A stretch of 47,936 nucleotides of DNA, the filler included, from Jimgerdemannia flammicorona (lineage: Eukaryota): NCBI GenBank assembly GCA_003990765.1. It is 2 parts of 2 records of this genome, joined end to end, with 100 filler letters (N's around TTAATTAATTAA, not from the genome) between each part and the next. Parts side by side here need not be neighbours in the genome. Positions count along the whole stretch, not along the records: positions 24,038 to 47,936 come from RBNJ01001045.1; 1 more part is not named here. One strand, written 5' to 3'. The notes under the pieces are model-generated. The model had not been told where the DNA came from. It worked only from the letters and a program-made list of their open reading frames with translations, and searched no databases. Of this stretch, positions 24,038 through 37,800 are shown piece after piece. Position 1 is the first letter of the stretch, and each line of letters begins with the position of its first letter. Made by a program: the position numbers and the translations under genes.

Positions 24038-26390
24038 CTCCACTATTTATTACTCATCTATTAATAATTCTACAGTTGACCCTCCCACTACCCAATCCCC
24101 ATAGGGGTTCCACTCCTCCTTCCTATATGAACAAAGACCACTTTCTCACCCACAACACTAACCCTCCCCCCACTCTGCCTACAGATTTGTTTAACTAAAT
24201 GATACCTTCGACCCCCCTTCAATCTCCAACCAAGTCACCAGCCCATCAAGGTGTCTTCCATAAGGCTATGCCACCTTATCAGCCTGATCTCGGAGCCAAG
24301 TTTCCTCCCATCCTCAAAAACAAATAACCAGTGACTGGCCAGCCCCACCCAAATAGCCAAAGCCCAACCTAATGTCAGCTATTCCTTCCCTACCCCCCCC
24401 TCCAGTCTGCCCCTTAAATTCTCCCATTGCCCCTACACATCAACTCCCCTACACACTACTCCCAGATGATCCCCAATGTTCTGCCAAAAGGTACTAAGTA
24501 CCTCACACTCTCCTAACCAATGTTCAGGCATCTGTATATATCCCCCTTCCTACTCTACATTATAACACTCTTCACAGTCAAAGCAGCCTCCCTCGATAAG
24601 GTGATCAGAGTGAAAGTTGAGCATGATATTTCACCTCAGCATATACTACTAGACCACCCAGTACTTTGGTGGCAGCCACCTCCTCACCTTGGTACTCCAG
24701 GCCCAAATGCTATGTCAGTCCCACTCCTCGCTGATTCCTACACCCTGCCAACTGCTAGGCCACAGATCCAGGCCTGGTCTCTGTTGGTATTTGATCTCAT
24801 CACCAATGTCAAACTCAATTAAGGGAACACCCCCTAGTAACACTTGGTCCCATCTCTACATCACTGAGTCCCAAGCCTTCTCCCCTTCATTTCCCTATCA
24901 CCTAATTTCAATGTGGTGCACCCCCTCTACCACTCTCCACCAGAAGCCTTTGTATCACAATTGTCCAGAGTTCTGAAGGCTCACAAGTGCTAGGAGATCA
25001 CTAGTCGAACCCTTTGAAGAGGACCTCATCTCCCAGACTTTCTGCAGTAGGGAAACCCAACCACTCTCTCTCAACTCCACTGCTCTCTTCAGCCACCATG
25101 CTCTTAAGCAGTGCAGCCTCTTAGGAAAGTCAACCAGCCCAAGTCCCCCACTCGCCACTGGTAAGGACAAGACCTCCCAATTGATCTGACTCTGCCTTCC
25201 AGCCCAGATCCACCCCTTGGCCAGCTTCATCAAATGCTTCACCACCCAAGCTGAGAAGTCCAGATGATAAGCCAGATACCATATCTTCAGCAGCCAATAG
25301 ATGTTCAGAATCAAAATGCATCCTATCAGAGATAATTAACGTCCCCCCCAACTCCACAGAGTCTCCTCCCAAATGCCAACTCACTGCTCCCACCAAAGTC
25401 TGGGCAAAACCAATCCATATACTGACAGATAAATACCCAAGTACCATACTGCCTCACCAGCAGGGACAATTGCACCAATAATCTCCCCATCCACTAGACC
25501 ATTGCCTAACATCATTGTTTTGCACTTATGTTAATTAAGCCTAGCCCCAGAGTTCGCCTCATACCACTCCACTGTTTCCTTGAGCTTCTCAACATCTGAA
25601 ACTGATTCCACACTGACCACCATATCATCTGCAAATGCCCCTACTTTTCCACCCAATGCCAAAGATAGAGAGTTCCACTATCTTCTGTCTGATTCTGTCC
25701 ATAAAGGGCTCCAGAGACAAAGCATACAAAATGGGAGACAGTGGGTCCCCCTGGGGCACCCCCCTACCCAGGAGAAATGCTACCCCTCTATGTCTATTAC
25801 ACATGAGTGCTGCTCTACTCCCTTCCAGTAGGCTGACTATGGCAGTCCTGAACTGTCGTAGGACCCCAATCCTATCCAAAACTTTCACCAGCCAGACCCA
25901 TCACACTTGGTCATAGGCTTTCTCCTAGTCCAAAAAGACCAGATGCTCATCCAGTCTATTGGCTTGTACCCCTTCAATAACACCATACACCCATGCTGTG
26001 CCATCCCTGATGAGCTGGCCTCCAACAAAGCCCTGCTGCTCCTCACCCAAGACCTGCTGGGCCACCTTTTGCAGCCTTGTGACCACCACTTTGGTAACCA
26101 ACTTTCTGTCCATATCCAGTAACATAATCAGCCTCCAGTTCTTCCAGTCCTCTCAGCTTCCTTTGTTCTTATAAAGCAATATCACCAATCCTAGATTCTG
26201 TTCTCCCACCCATCTCCCCATCTGTAGAATCCAATCACACAGTGCCATCATCTCTCCCAGTACTCCAGGGACTCCCACCATCCTTTTTCAGAAGTCCCAG
26301 AGCAGACCATCCTCCCCAGGCACTATACCCAAGGTTGTTGTGGCAAGAATCTGATGGATCTCCTCCTCTAGCACTAGCAGTACTAAGTCA
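24038..26390 (-). mobile_element. Decayed non-LTR retrotransposon (L1/Tx1-like ORF2, RT plus C-terminus)
   Basis: 'KLVTKVVVTRLQKV...EEQQGFV', 'FLD*EKAYD', 'RGVPQGDPLSPILY', 'FADDMVV', 'YLG', 'LPVASGGLGL'. Confidence 0.9.
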
Positions 26391-26399
26391 CTCAACCCA

Positions 26400-27810
26400 T
26401 TTTTTATTTTTATTTTTTTATTTTTTTATTTTTATAGTCACTTGGACTCTTCCTTTATTATTCCATCTATCTTATATAAGTACAGTAAACCCACCCCCTA
26501 TTCAATCCCCCTAGGGGGGCCCCTCCCCCCTACCCCTTCTCAATAAAACACTACTTTATTGAATACAATCCCCACCCTCCTATCACTCTGTTCACATATC
26601 TTTGCCACCAAACCTTGCCACCAGCCTCCTGAAGGACCCCAACTTACCCACCATCCAGTCATCAGATCCCCCAATAGCTCCTCTCACCTTAAAACTTTCT
26701 TCAGCAGACTCATCTGCCACCCCTCCTCAAATACAAATAGCCAATGTCCCACCAATCCCACCCAAATTGCTAACACCCACCTAATAGTAAGCCAACTATC
26801 ACCCACCCCCCCCACCAGCCTAGATCTCAAGTCTTCTCAGCAATCCCCTTCATCCACTAGCCTGCACTCCATACCCAGTCTACTCCCTATTTCCACCCAA
26901 AGGTCCCCCAAAACCTCACACTCTCCCAGCCAATGTTCTGGTATCTGCACCAAACCCCCAGCTTGTCATACATTATAACACTCCTCATAATTGAAACAGC
27001 CACCATCTACCAGATGCCCAGTATGTAAATTCAGCATAACATTCCTCTACAGCATTCGCCATCACACTACTCAGAACTTGGGGGGAAGCCACTGTTATAC
27101 CTCAGCACTTCAAGACCAGATACCTGCCTAGTTCCACTCCTCACCGATCCTAACTGCCTGCCAACTGCTTGGCCAAAGGTCCTGGCCAAGACTCTGCTGA
27201 TACTCCACCCTATCCCCAATATCAAAGCAGCAAGTGGAGCACCCCCCAGTAGCAGTCTATCCCATTGCCACATACAAGGACTCCACAACACCTCTCCCTC
27301 ATTGTCTTGCCAGCGCAGACCAATTTTGTGTGCTCCATCAACCACTCCCCACCAAAAGCTCTTAAATCGCAACCACCAAATTCCATTGAGCTCTACCAAA
27401 GAGAGTAGATCTCTTGAGGACTCTTGGGGGGAGGTTTTCATCTCCTCACCCAACCCATCTGCTTGGGTAGGGTGCCAATCCTCCAATGCTCAATCAATGT
27501 TCTCAGCATCTGCCCCACCCTCCTCCTTACTCCACAATCCACTCCAATGCTCCTTTAATGATCCAAGAATGTCCTGTACCCTATGCACCAATGAATCATT
27601 GGCATTAAGCACCCCCTCCCACCTTTGCTACACCCTTCTTACCTGAAGGGCTCTTGTAAGAAACTTTGAGGGCTACTCTTCTTCCTCCAGCCCCTGTCAA
27701 CAAAGCCATGCTGCCAGACCCTGGACCCTTGCCTCTTCCTCATTCTGCAGCACCTGTCATAATTCAGCCACCTCCATTCTTAACCTTATCAATTGCCAGT
27801 CCTCCAGATT
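26400..27810 (-). mobile_element. 5'-truncated LINE copy with A-rich tail
   Basis: T-rich tail 26400-26433, then TATAGTCACTTGGACTC (shared with 43766); 'EECYNV...PEHWLGECE' matches the copy at ~24500-24570. Confidence 0.75.
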
Positions 27811-28910
27811 AATATAGTATTTAGATATATATAATATATAATAAGAATAAAATATATATTATAGTAAACTAACTATAAAGAAGATAAAAATAGATTATAT
27901 TAATATAGTAATATAATCTTATAGATAACTTAGTATAATATTAACATTAAATTTATTATTTTTAATAATTATTAATAAATATATACTAATAACTATTTTT
28001 TTTTTTTAGTAATTATTAATTATTATATATATAATTATATTAATGAAGTGACTATTATAATAAGTATATTAGTTAAATACTAAACATTAATTACTAACTA
28101 ATAATAGTTAATTATAATAATTATTCAAAGATAATTTTATTATTTTTTAACTTATTACTTTAATTTATTATAATACTATAAATCATATATATATTCAATA
28201 CTAACAAAAGTATAGCTCTTGAATAAATATTGTTACAAATAGTATTGATGACTTCTACTACCAGATAAAGTATAAAGGCATGAGTATCTCTCTCCTTTTC
28301 CCTCATCTTAATAAAAAAATAAAAAAAAAAAAAACTATTACATTTCAAACAGTATGTTACTGCCTGGCCCGTTTCATGGACACCCAAACGCTCCATTGAA
28401 TGCTAATACCAGGTCTTATATTTTGAGTTTGAAGTCATTGCTCTTCGAACTTATATTTGTTCTTGACCATTCCTCTCAATGGTTCGACTGTGCTATGTGG
28501 ACGCTTGACCCTCAGATGATTCATATTCTGGGATTTGCACATATACACACATTATGTATACGGATCGACTGCCCTCTCCTGGCTATGGGGGGCCCATAGC
28601 TCGATGCTGGACCGTGTCCATTGGGACCTGGGGTTTGGGCCGGGCGAGATTAGCTCGCAGTGAAAGGAGTGAGAAATTGTAAAATGATGTATTTTCGAGT
28701 GTATATACATTTAGTGTGGAGGGCATGGAGTGTAGCAATTGAAGAAAGGACAGGATATTAGCAGGATAGTAACACGAAAGGGATAAAAAAAATAAAAATA
28801 AAAATAAACCTTTTGAACATCGATAAATGTGACCTTAGTTTCGCTTTCATAGGAAAATCCCCAACGCCAACAAAAATCCCAATTAACCCCTGGCTACCCC
28901 AGTATACTGC

Positions 28911-29391
28911 TTAATTCTTCGTTTTCTTCTTCCCACTCCTGGCCTTCCCGCGCGTCTCCTTCCCGTGCACCTCCTTCCCGCGTGTTGCCTTCCCACCAGC
29001 TTCGGCCAGGTGCTTCATAATGGTCAACTTGCTGACCGCACCGGCCTTGGTGGCCATCTGCTTTTCGATGTTCTTGTTGATGCTCGCCGTCAGTTTCTAG
29101 TGGAAAAGAGGTGGTGAGAAGTGGCGATGTGACGATAAAATAAGGAACAGAATCTCTTCCGTATGCATACTTTTGTAACTCGGGCTTTTTTGACGAGCTG
29201 ATGCTTTTTGGGCGCGATGACTTTGGCTGTTGTTAGAGGAAACAGATAATGTCATGGTTCAGCAAGAGCGGAGATCTGCATCGAGCAACGGTTATCAAAC
29301 AGTTTGACGGATCACCTCCTCGCGTAGGACCAGTTTTGCGCTTCGTGTCTTTTTCGGCGGACTTTTTCTTCTTCCCAAGACCCTGGACCAT
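28911..29391 (-). CDS. Small basic DUF2462/UPF0390 (C19orf53-like) protein, 105 aa, 3 exons
   Basis: Exons 29391-29316, 29226-29171, 29096-28911 with GT-AG introns give MVQGLGKKKK...GPTRGAKVIAPKKHQLVKKARVTKKLTASINKNIEKQMATKAGAVSKLTIMK...; family recognised from memory of the motif pattern. Confidence 0.85.
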
Positions 29392-29534
29392 GGTTTGTTT
29401 GTTTGAGGGGTTAAGGATAAGACGGAATGGAATGTTTTCCGTTGACGCTACACCAAATAATTGATGACGTAACTAACCAGTCACAGACCAAACTCGGAAC
29501 TCACACCACCCAACCCATCCAACCCAACTCAACC
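29392..29534. promoter_or_regulatory. Compact bidirectional promoter
   Basis: 143 bp between divergent ATGs; contains ATGACGTAA (ATF/CREB-like) at ~29464. Confidence 0.6.
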
Positions 29535-31934
29535 ATGACCGACATGAAACGTAGCTGGTCCAAAAACTCTGCCGCCAACTCCATCGACTCCGATGCCTCC
29601 GATCCAGGACCAGCCTACGTAGAGCACACACACGTGGAAGAGGGAGAGACTGATCTGGCGAGGGCTGTGAGGGTGCAATTGGAGAAGAAGGCCGAGGAGA
29701 CAAAGAAGGAGGAGGAAGAGGAGAAGGAGGGACATGAAGGTACGTGGTAGGCAGGGAAACGAGTTGAGGGGATCAATCTCCCGTTTGTGTGAATCTGCCG
29801 GTAACTCTAGCGTTTTGCTTTGCGTTGTAGGCTTCCTCGACGAATGGCCGGACGATACAGATGTGAGTTTTATTTCTTCGCGATATCGCAGAGTTCGATG
29901 TTTACGCTCTTTGTAGGCCTCTTGGTGAAACGGCCATATTCCTCAACCGCGTCTCACAACATCTTTCGTCGTTCCACATCTCATCGTCCACGATCACAGG
30001 AGCTCGAACTCGTCCATTGCCGTCTCAAAGATCTTGCCAGCCTCGGATTGTCACGGTTCAAAAACTTGCAGGTAAATCCCGCCGTTGGTTTTCAGTGATT
30101 GCCTCGGTGACGTATGCTTGCACTTAGTGTGTTCAATCAATCGGGTGTGGGGCTCTTACCTCGACGATGGTCAGAAGGAAGATGGATATAGCGAGCTGAG
30201 TTTCATCCATAACCTGCTGCCCTTGCTCTTCTCTCACCTATACATACCTCATCCAACGTCATATCGTCCTTAACCCCCGCACCGCCAGAAACTCTGCGTT
30301 CGCCAGAATCTGATCACACACATCGACGGACTAGACACGCTATCACAGCTCAAGGAACTTGACATGTATGATAACAAAATATCGCACGTGCGAAACCTCG
30401 GCGGGATGACAGCGCTCGAGTGAGTAAATTGGAGGTGGGGAACTGGGAAGGGGAACCATGCTGGTTATTGCGGCTTTTGAGGAGGCCGAGAGTCGGTGGA
30501 TTAGATGGAAATGCGTTGTTCGCGGTCAGGCGGCAATGATGGATAACTCCCTTTTCGCTGACATATTCCTATTGTGTGTCGTCCGACCGCCCCCTATACA
30601 AAGGTACCTCGACCTCTCATTCAACAAGATTAAGACCATCGCCCACCTCGATCACCTCACTACCCTCACCAACCTCTTCTTCGTCAGCAACAAGATCTCG
30701 CGCATTGACGGGCTTGAAACGCTCACACTCATCACCAACCTCGAGCTTGGCGCTAATCGGATCAGGGTGAGCATGGAAACCTGAGGTTGCGAGTTTGAGA
30801 GGAAAGGAGTGGGTCCTATTGAGGACGAGTCGGGTGGATGGAACGGGTCTAACAGCATGTTCTTGTGATTCGATTGTTTGGGTTTGTTTGCTCTTTTTTG
30901 TTGGGTGACGGCCGTTATAGGTGATCGAAGGGCTCGACACGTTGGTAAACCTGGAGCAGCTGTGGCTCGGCAAGAACAAAATCACCAAGCTGGAGGTGAG
31001 TGGTCCAGGCCCTTATGTCTCAACGTGGTGAGATCTTTAGAAGTTATGCGTCACCCTCTCTTATCATATCGCTCATCTGACACTTCATTTTATCACCAAT
31101 TCACTCTTCACCCCAACGCGCAGGGTTTGAACTCGCTGAAGAAACTACGACTCCTCAGCATCCAGAGCAATCGACTGACACGGATCGAGGGTCTAGACGA
31201 ACTCGAAAACCTCGAGGAGATATACTTGAGCCATAATGCCATCGAACGGTTGAGCGGATTGGAGAAGAATGTGAGTGTGTCGATTAAACAGGACAGGGAG
31301 AAATTGTGGCAATTTACGGCACTGCGGAGATTCGTTTAAAGTTGTGTGATCGCTTCAGTTTGAATTATTTTTTTATTGATTATTATCACGATATCTAGGT
31401 AAAAATACGGACGATCGACATCGCAAACAATCGGCTGGAACACATCGAGGGTATTGCACACCTCACGAGGCTGGAGGAGTTTTGGGTAAATATTATTGGA
31501 TTGTTCCGCTCATTCATTGTATTGGGGTAACCTCATTGACATCTCCCACCTCCCACTCTTTCATTATTCATGACCGCATCTCTCGTTCTTGTTACGATCC
31601 TATTTTCTTTCAGGCCAATAACAACCTCCTCTCTTCCTTTGAGGAGCTCGAGCAGCAGCTAGCCGACAAGCGGCACCTCTCCACCGTCTACCTCGAGGGC
31701 AATCCCATGCAGCGCGACAACCAGCCAACGTACCGGACCAAAGTGAAGCTGGCCGTACCGCAGGTGAAGCAGATCGACGCAACGTATGTGCATTTCTTTT
31801 CTTTCTTTACGGTTTCTGGGATTCTGCGTTTTCTGCGTAGGTAGTGAGGGCTTCGAATGGAGCATTGGATGCGATTTGGATTGGTGTGGTAACATTGTCT
31901 CTGCACGGGGTTGATGTCTAGGTACGTGCGATGA
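29535..31934 (+). CDS. sds22: Protein phosphatase 1 regulatory subunit Sds22/PPP1R7 (LRR protein), ~10 exons
   Basis: Spliced LRRs 'ELELVHCRL', 'LCVRQNLI', 'LKELDMYDNKI', 'LDLSFNKI', 'LELGANRIR', 'LWLGKNKITKLE', 'LSIQSNRL', 'LEEFWANNN' and LRR cap 'VYLEGNP...YRTKV...QIDATYVR'. Confidence 0.95.
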
Positions 31935-33357
31935 TGAGGACGAGGTGCGCACCATCTGGGAAGACGGGCCGCGGGAAAGGTGGAAATGGGTTTAGGTCGA
32001 AGATAGGACGGTGATGTATTTTATCTCGTAGACGACTTAGCATGATGTCAACATTAAATATGTCATTTTCAACATCCGTCAATGCTCTTCTTGGACGACG
32101 TTCAACGGGCATACACTGGTAACTATTCCCAGCGATTGCTTGGTGGGTGTCGATCATTGCCGTCTTATGGAACAGGAGCTCGGCGGAGCAGCTATTACAC
32201 GTAGCGATCAACATCAACATATAATAATAGTAGATTTCAAAGACAAGTTCTATTGCACTTTAGCTCATTACTTCATTTTTTATATTTTGTCTCAATACAA
32301 TCTTATGGGGTCTCTGATTCTGAATTACTACTATGTACATATCCAAGCAATGTGCCAATGACAGTATAGCTCTCAAATAAACACCTCCTGCTTTGGAATT
32401 GAATGTTGTTGGGAATGGTGTTGGGGGATGACTTCAAAATCTGATCTATCCAGAGAAGTATAAAGCTACAAATATATCTATATTCTGATATATCATAAAT
32501 GTATTTTTAGCTTATATATATATTATTATTCATCTGCTTTATAGAGTGTTTGGGTTTCTTCTATAGAATGATTTTATTTATTTCTGAGTTAAAAGTGTCT
32601 TTAGCTTTATATTGTCTCTTGTTCTGTAATATAATATAGTCAAATTTGACTGCAATTTTTTTTTTTTTATAGATTTTTATAAAAACTTATAGTTTTTTTT
32701 TTTTTATTTTTTTTTATAAAATTTTTTTTTTTTTTTTTTTTTTTTTATAGTTAAATTTGACTATAATATAGAATAAGATATATATATAATATTAGTTACT
32801 TAATTATTTAAATCTATTATTTTAGATTAAATACATCTATCTTTATAATAAAACTATTTACTAACAATAATAATAAAGTAAGATTTATATTATTAGTTCT
32901 CTCTAAATTAAAATGAGTCTCTATTTAAAACTTTATAAAGATTATCTCTATGTAATATTCTCTAGTAATTAGATTAAAAAAGATTAGCTTTATTGAACTA
33001 GAGTTATTTTATACTAAATAATTAAAAATTATATATATATATTTTTTTTAAAAAAAAAAAATCTAAACTAAGACTTTCTTTAGATTTTAGAAAATATATA
33101 TATTATATTAAAAATAATTAACTAATATATACTTATTTTTTATAATTAATAATTGAGAATAAAATAATAGAAATAAACTTCAAACTTTTAGATAATATTA
33201 TTTAATAGATAGTAATATAAATTAATAATATACTAAATATTTTATAAATTTAGATTTTTAATATTATAAATAGTTTACTAATAAGTAATAAAAAAAGTAT
33301 ATACTTCTTTTTTTACTACCATACTAGTTACAAAGTTTTGATAAGTAATCTTCTAAG

Positions 33358-34312
33358 TAGTGCTCCAAATAGATGAAGTTAATCTGAATGAGATTCAATT
33401 CAGATTTGTCATATAATGGATTCAAATCAACTTAGATTGGTCTTGTAATCTGATCCAGATTGATCCAGATTGATCCAGATTGATCCAGATTGATTCATTC
33501 AGATTGATCCATCTGAATTGAAATCTTTAGTAATATCACTTTTTCTTTTATTCATTTTTGCTCTTGTTTTTTTTTTCCTATTATACTTAGTGACATCACT
33601 CTTTCTTTTGTTCTCTCTCTTCTTTTGTTCTTTCTTTATTCTTTTTCTTTGTTCTTTTTTCTTTCCTACTACATTATGAGGAAATAAAACAGCAGTCCTT
33701 AATTATATATTTGTCTAGTCTACTCATTTTTTACTCTGTAATGATCATCAAAAGAGAGAGTATTTAAGGTGGAAATGTACTCTCTACTGACAATGTTAGA
33801 TTCTTTCTTATATGAGCAGCATACAAGCTACTCATTGAGAGCCAAAGGGGTGATGGCAGTGGCAATGGTGATAGTAATGGTGGTGGTAATAGCAGGGATA
33901 AGGGAGAATTCTAGCAACAACTCACAGTGGCCCTTCAGACCTCAGAATTCACAGACCTCACAGCTATATATATGGTAGTCTTTTTGGAGCAGCCAATAGT
34001 AGATATAGGTTGCTCACTCTGCTACCACTTATTTACTTATGTTTATTTAAATTTCCCCAGTATGACCTAATTCACTTTGTGCTTTTCTTAGGGTCCATAG
34101 CTCTACAGTGAGATCTACCAACTTTATTTGCAATATCTGGTCAAGATAAAGAAAGGCTGGTAGATATTGTGGGGCATGTCTTTGGTAGCTGAGCTGTTGA
34201 GTCAATACATCATGTGACAGAGGTCTCAAAAGGAACAGAAATAAGCCTTTATGAGCAATCTTATGTACCTCATACAACTTGTACAACTCATTGGTATACA
34301 ACTTATTAGTAT
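33358..34312. repeat. Interspersed repeat, possibly a hAT-like DNA transposon end (copy 1)
   Basis: Begins TAGTGCTCCAAATAGAT; 10-bp subterminal repeats TGATCCAGAT at 33451-33490; colinear with 46802-47702. Class is an inference. Confidence 0.6.
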
Positions 34313-34666
34313 TGTGACGTATGGTATGAAATAGAAACAGGAAATAGACATTTGATTGTAGTACCTGAATCCAATTTCCGATTTAGTATAGTCTTTTACT
34401 GCGGACACTACATCTAAAACATTATCAGTGAAACTCTTGTTACTTTCACGAATTTCAGATAGGATTTCACATGAGATTCTACCTGAGAATTTCACATGAA
34501 AAGACTTAATACTTAGCCACATATTTAGTAGCAGAATTAGCGCACAAATCTGTATAAATAACTCAGTATTTTAGAGTGAATAAACCTCAGTCAGAACGAG
34601 TCAGATCAAATCAGTCCAATTCCAAAATCCATCCAACTTACTAAATTCCATGTCCACTACGTTACA
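34313..34666 (+). mobile_element. Short solo LTR (354 bp)
   Basis: Terminal inverted repeat TGTGACGTA...TACGTTACA; TATAAATAAC...AGAGTGAATAAACCTCAGTCAGA core shared with the family B LTR. Confidence 0.75.
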
Positions 34667-34814
34667 ATAGTTAAAGATAAGAAGTTTGAGGACTATAAGA
34701 CCTTAGGAAGGCACTCTAATAAGAACTTGCTTATAACAAACTTGAGTTAGTCTAAGAGATATACCTTGAAGAGAATCTGGCATATTTGAAGGACTCAGCA
34801 ATCACTACATAATA
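34667..34814 (+). repeat. 3' terminal fragment of a family A LTR
   Basis: Matches ~1656-1801 and ~8870-9018. Confidence 0.85.
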
Positions 34815-37800
34815 CTATTTAGTAAAGAGATCTACAATAATAATAATATAGCAGTTTTCTGATAGAGTTACTGGTAGTAGTCTAATAATGTCTATTGTAA
34901 TATAATGGAAGAGGATGGGCTCAATTCTTGATGACTCAGATATCTGGTCTTACTGATCTTATTTTTGTTTTTGGTACTTATTATACTCTTTGACAAATTG
35001 GTACAGATTTTCTTCCATCTTAGGTCACTATATAGTTCTTCTTGTCTTATTATATATATTAGTTTCTCCTAAGTATCCTTGTTTATATACTTCCTTTATT
35101 ACTTGATACTTCTTATATTTTGGTATAATGAACTTATCTCCTTTTCTGAGTATAGTATTGTCTAGTTCAAATTATTTCTAAGTCTGGTTGATGATAGTGA
35201 TAGTCTAGGGTTTGAGATAATTAGGCTAATTAATCTATAGTATAGCTTCTTATTTATGTTGAATAGTCTTGATAAGGATGTTTCAGAGTATCTTTAAGAG
35301 TATATCAACATTGGCATTGGTTCTTCCTGGGTAGAATTTGACAGTACAGTCATACTCTTGCAGTCTGTAGATCTATCTGTTATATATTTCTTTGGGGTTT
35401 AGAGTGTAGAATAGTCAGACAAGAGCAGAATAGTCTGTTTGAATGGTGAAGTATTTCTCAGCTAGATAGTAGTGGAACTTATCTACTGTTCAGACTACTG
35501 CTAAGCATTCAAGCTTATATAACTCATAATTCTGTTCTACTCCATGAGTATCTCAGCTTGCATAAGAGATAATATATTTATGTCCATCTTTCTTCTGAGC
35601 TAGTACTGCTCCAAATTCTATAGTACTTATATCTGTCTACAGGATGAACTCTAAGTTCCAATCTGGTCTTCTGAGAATAGATACTTAGGTTAACTTGGTC
35701 TTGAGTTTATTGAAGATTTCTTAACATTTCTTGGTCTATTTGAACTTGATCTCCTTCTTTAGTAGCTCATAAATAGGTACTATAATGTTGGAGAATTCTT
35801 TGATGAATCTTCTATAGTTAGAGGCTAGTCTGAGAAAGACATGGACTTCTGTAGTTGTTCTGAGTCTTGGGTAGACTGTAATAGTCTCAATCTTTATAAG
35901 GTCCATATGAATTCTAGTCTGGTTGATAATATATCCTAGGTAGGTGATTTCTTGAGCTACAAACTTATACTTCTTGAGCTTGATATAGAGGCTATGCTCC
36001 TTGAGCTTCTTGAGGGCTAGCTGTATATATATGGTTGATATATTTCTATATAATATTACTAATAATGATTATATATATCATCAATATAGACAAAGAGCCA
36101 TTTTTCAATTTCATTGCTGAAGACTCTATTCATTATTTGCTAAAAACTTGCTAGAGCATTATATATTTCAAATAATATTTATAGGTAGATATAGATAGCA
36201 TTAGGTATGATGAAGGCTGATTTCTCACTGACATCTTCTTATAGAAGCCTGAGAATAGATCCAAGATGATATAGTATTTGGCTTTGCTTCCAAGAGTGGT
36301 AAGGATTTCTTAAATATTTGGCAAGGGCTGCCTATCCTTCTTGGTAATTATATTGAGCTTTCTGTAATCAATATAGAGTTTTAGGGCAAACTCTCTAGAC
36401 TTGCTTCCTTTCTTTGAGGTAAGGACAATGAGTGAAGCCTAGGGACTGGTAGCTTGCTTGATAATACCAGCTTCTTCCATTTCTTTGAGTTCTGCTTGCA
36501 GTCATTCTCTGTAGACAAGTGGTATAGGTCTGACTTTCTGGTAGATAGGCTTGGTATTACTGGTGTCAACTTCATGATAGTACTTAAGTTCCCGATTATG
36601 GATGTCTCTGAAGTCTATAGTAAGTACTCCTTCATTCTGGTATAGGTTTTTGAGAAGTTATTCTTCTAAGGGAAAGTTTTTTTTCAATAGTATATATGTA
36701 CTTATTCTAGTTCTTGTCTTTCTTATACTTGAGTTCAATAATCTTGGTAGTAATATAGACTCTTCTTCCAGTAGATCCAAAGTCTTGTTCTTCTCTTTTA
36801 GTCTTGATAAGTTCAATGGCTTCAGTGATCTTAGGCTTCTTAACTTCATAGATTAGTATCTGGCCAATCCTGTCATACTTCTTGACTTTAAATAGGGTAG
36901 TGAGGTTGTGATTCCTGACTATAAGGAAGATCTCATCAATGTAATCAGGATTAATGACTCTTCCTTCAACTGAGATTTTGCTCTTAGTCAGACTGCTCCT
37001 GGTTTTGATAATTCTGACAGAGTTCTCTATTAAATCGACTCCAATTCTAGTACCAAGTAGAGTGGTGGTTTGTAGTTCAAGAATAGTATCTTAGATACTG
37101 GTAAGATCTATTCCTATAGCTCCTTCAGTCTTATATTCTAGGATCTTGGCTTTAGGGTAAAACTTCTTGACCTTGAGAGTGATATCTGGTTCTTATTCCT
37201 CCTCATTATTGCTATCAGCTTGAAGCTCTGGGGACTAGTCATCTTTCTCAGCTTTTCTTTTTGCTTCAGCTACTTCTTGCTTACACTTTTGTTGATGGAT
37301 TTTTCTGACTTCACTAATATAGGACTAGTAGTTATTTAGGTATTCAAGGTAGTATATCCTGACACCATGGATATACTTCCTTGAGAGGCATAATCATCAA
37401 TAATATTATTATATAACTGCTCATCTGTGAGCTTGGTTGTCTTGCTTTTATTCTTGTATATTGAGTACATAAAGACTTCTATATCCTCTTTATCTTCTTC
37501 CTCCATATCTGATAATACTCCTTTGTAGATATTGATAGAGACTTATACCTTTCTTCCTCTATAGTTGATTTGAATCTTTTGAGCATTGAGATCAATAATA
37601 GCCTTGGTCTTATAAGGCTATTAGTTACCAATAAAGATATCATAGTTAGTGGCACTCATAACAATTATATTTACTGGGATAGTAGCTCCTCTGATCTTAA
37701 TAGAGACTTCTAGGATCTTGCTTAGAGGGGTAGCTTATGTGACATAGACTATTCTGGTAGATTCTTCAATATCTTAGCCTAGATAGTCAATTGTCTTCTT

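Noticed and set aside
33440..33520. Regular repeat array as possible CRISPR
   Set aside because: 10-bp tandem units with no spacers, in a eukaryotic context.
34226..34522. 98-aa ORF as captured gene
   Set aside because: Crosses the junction between a repeat and a solo LTR.
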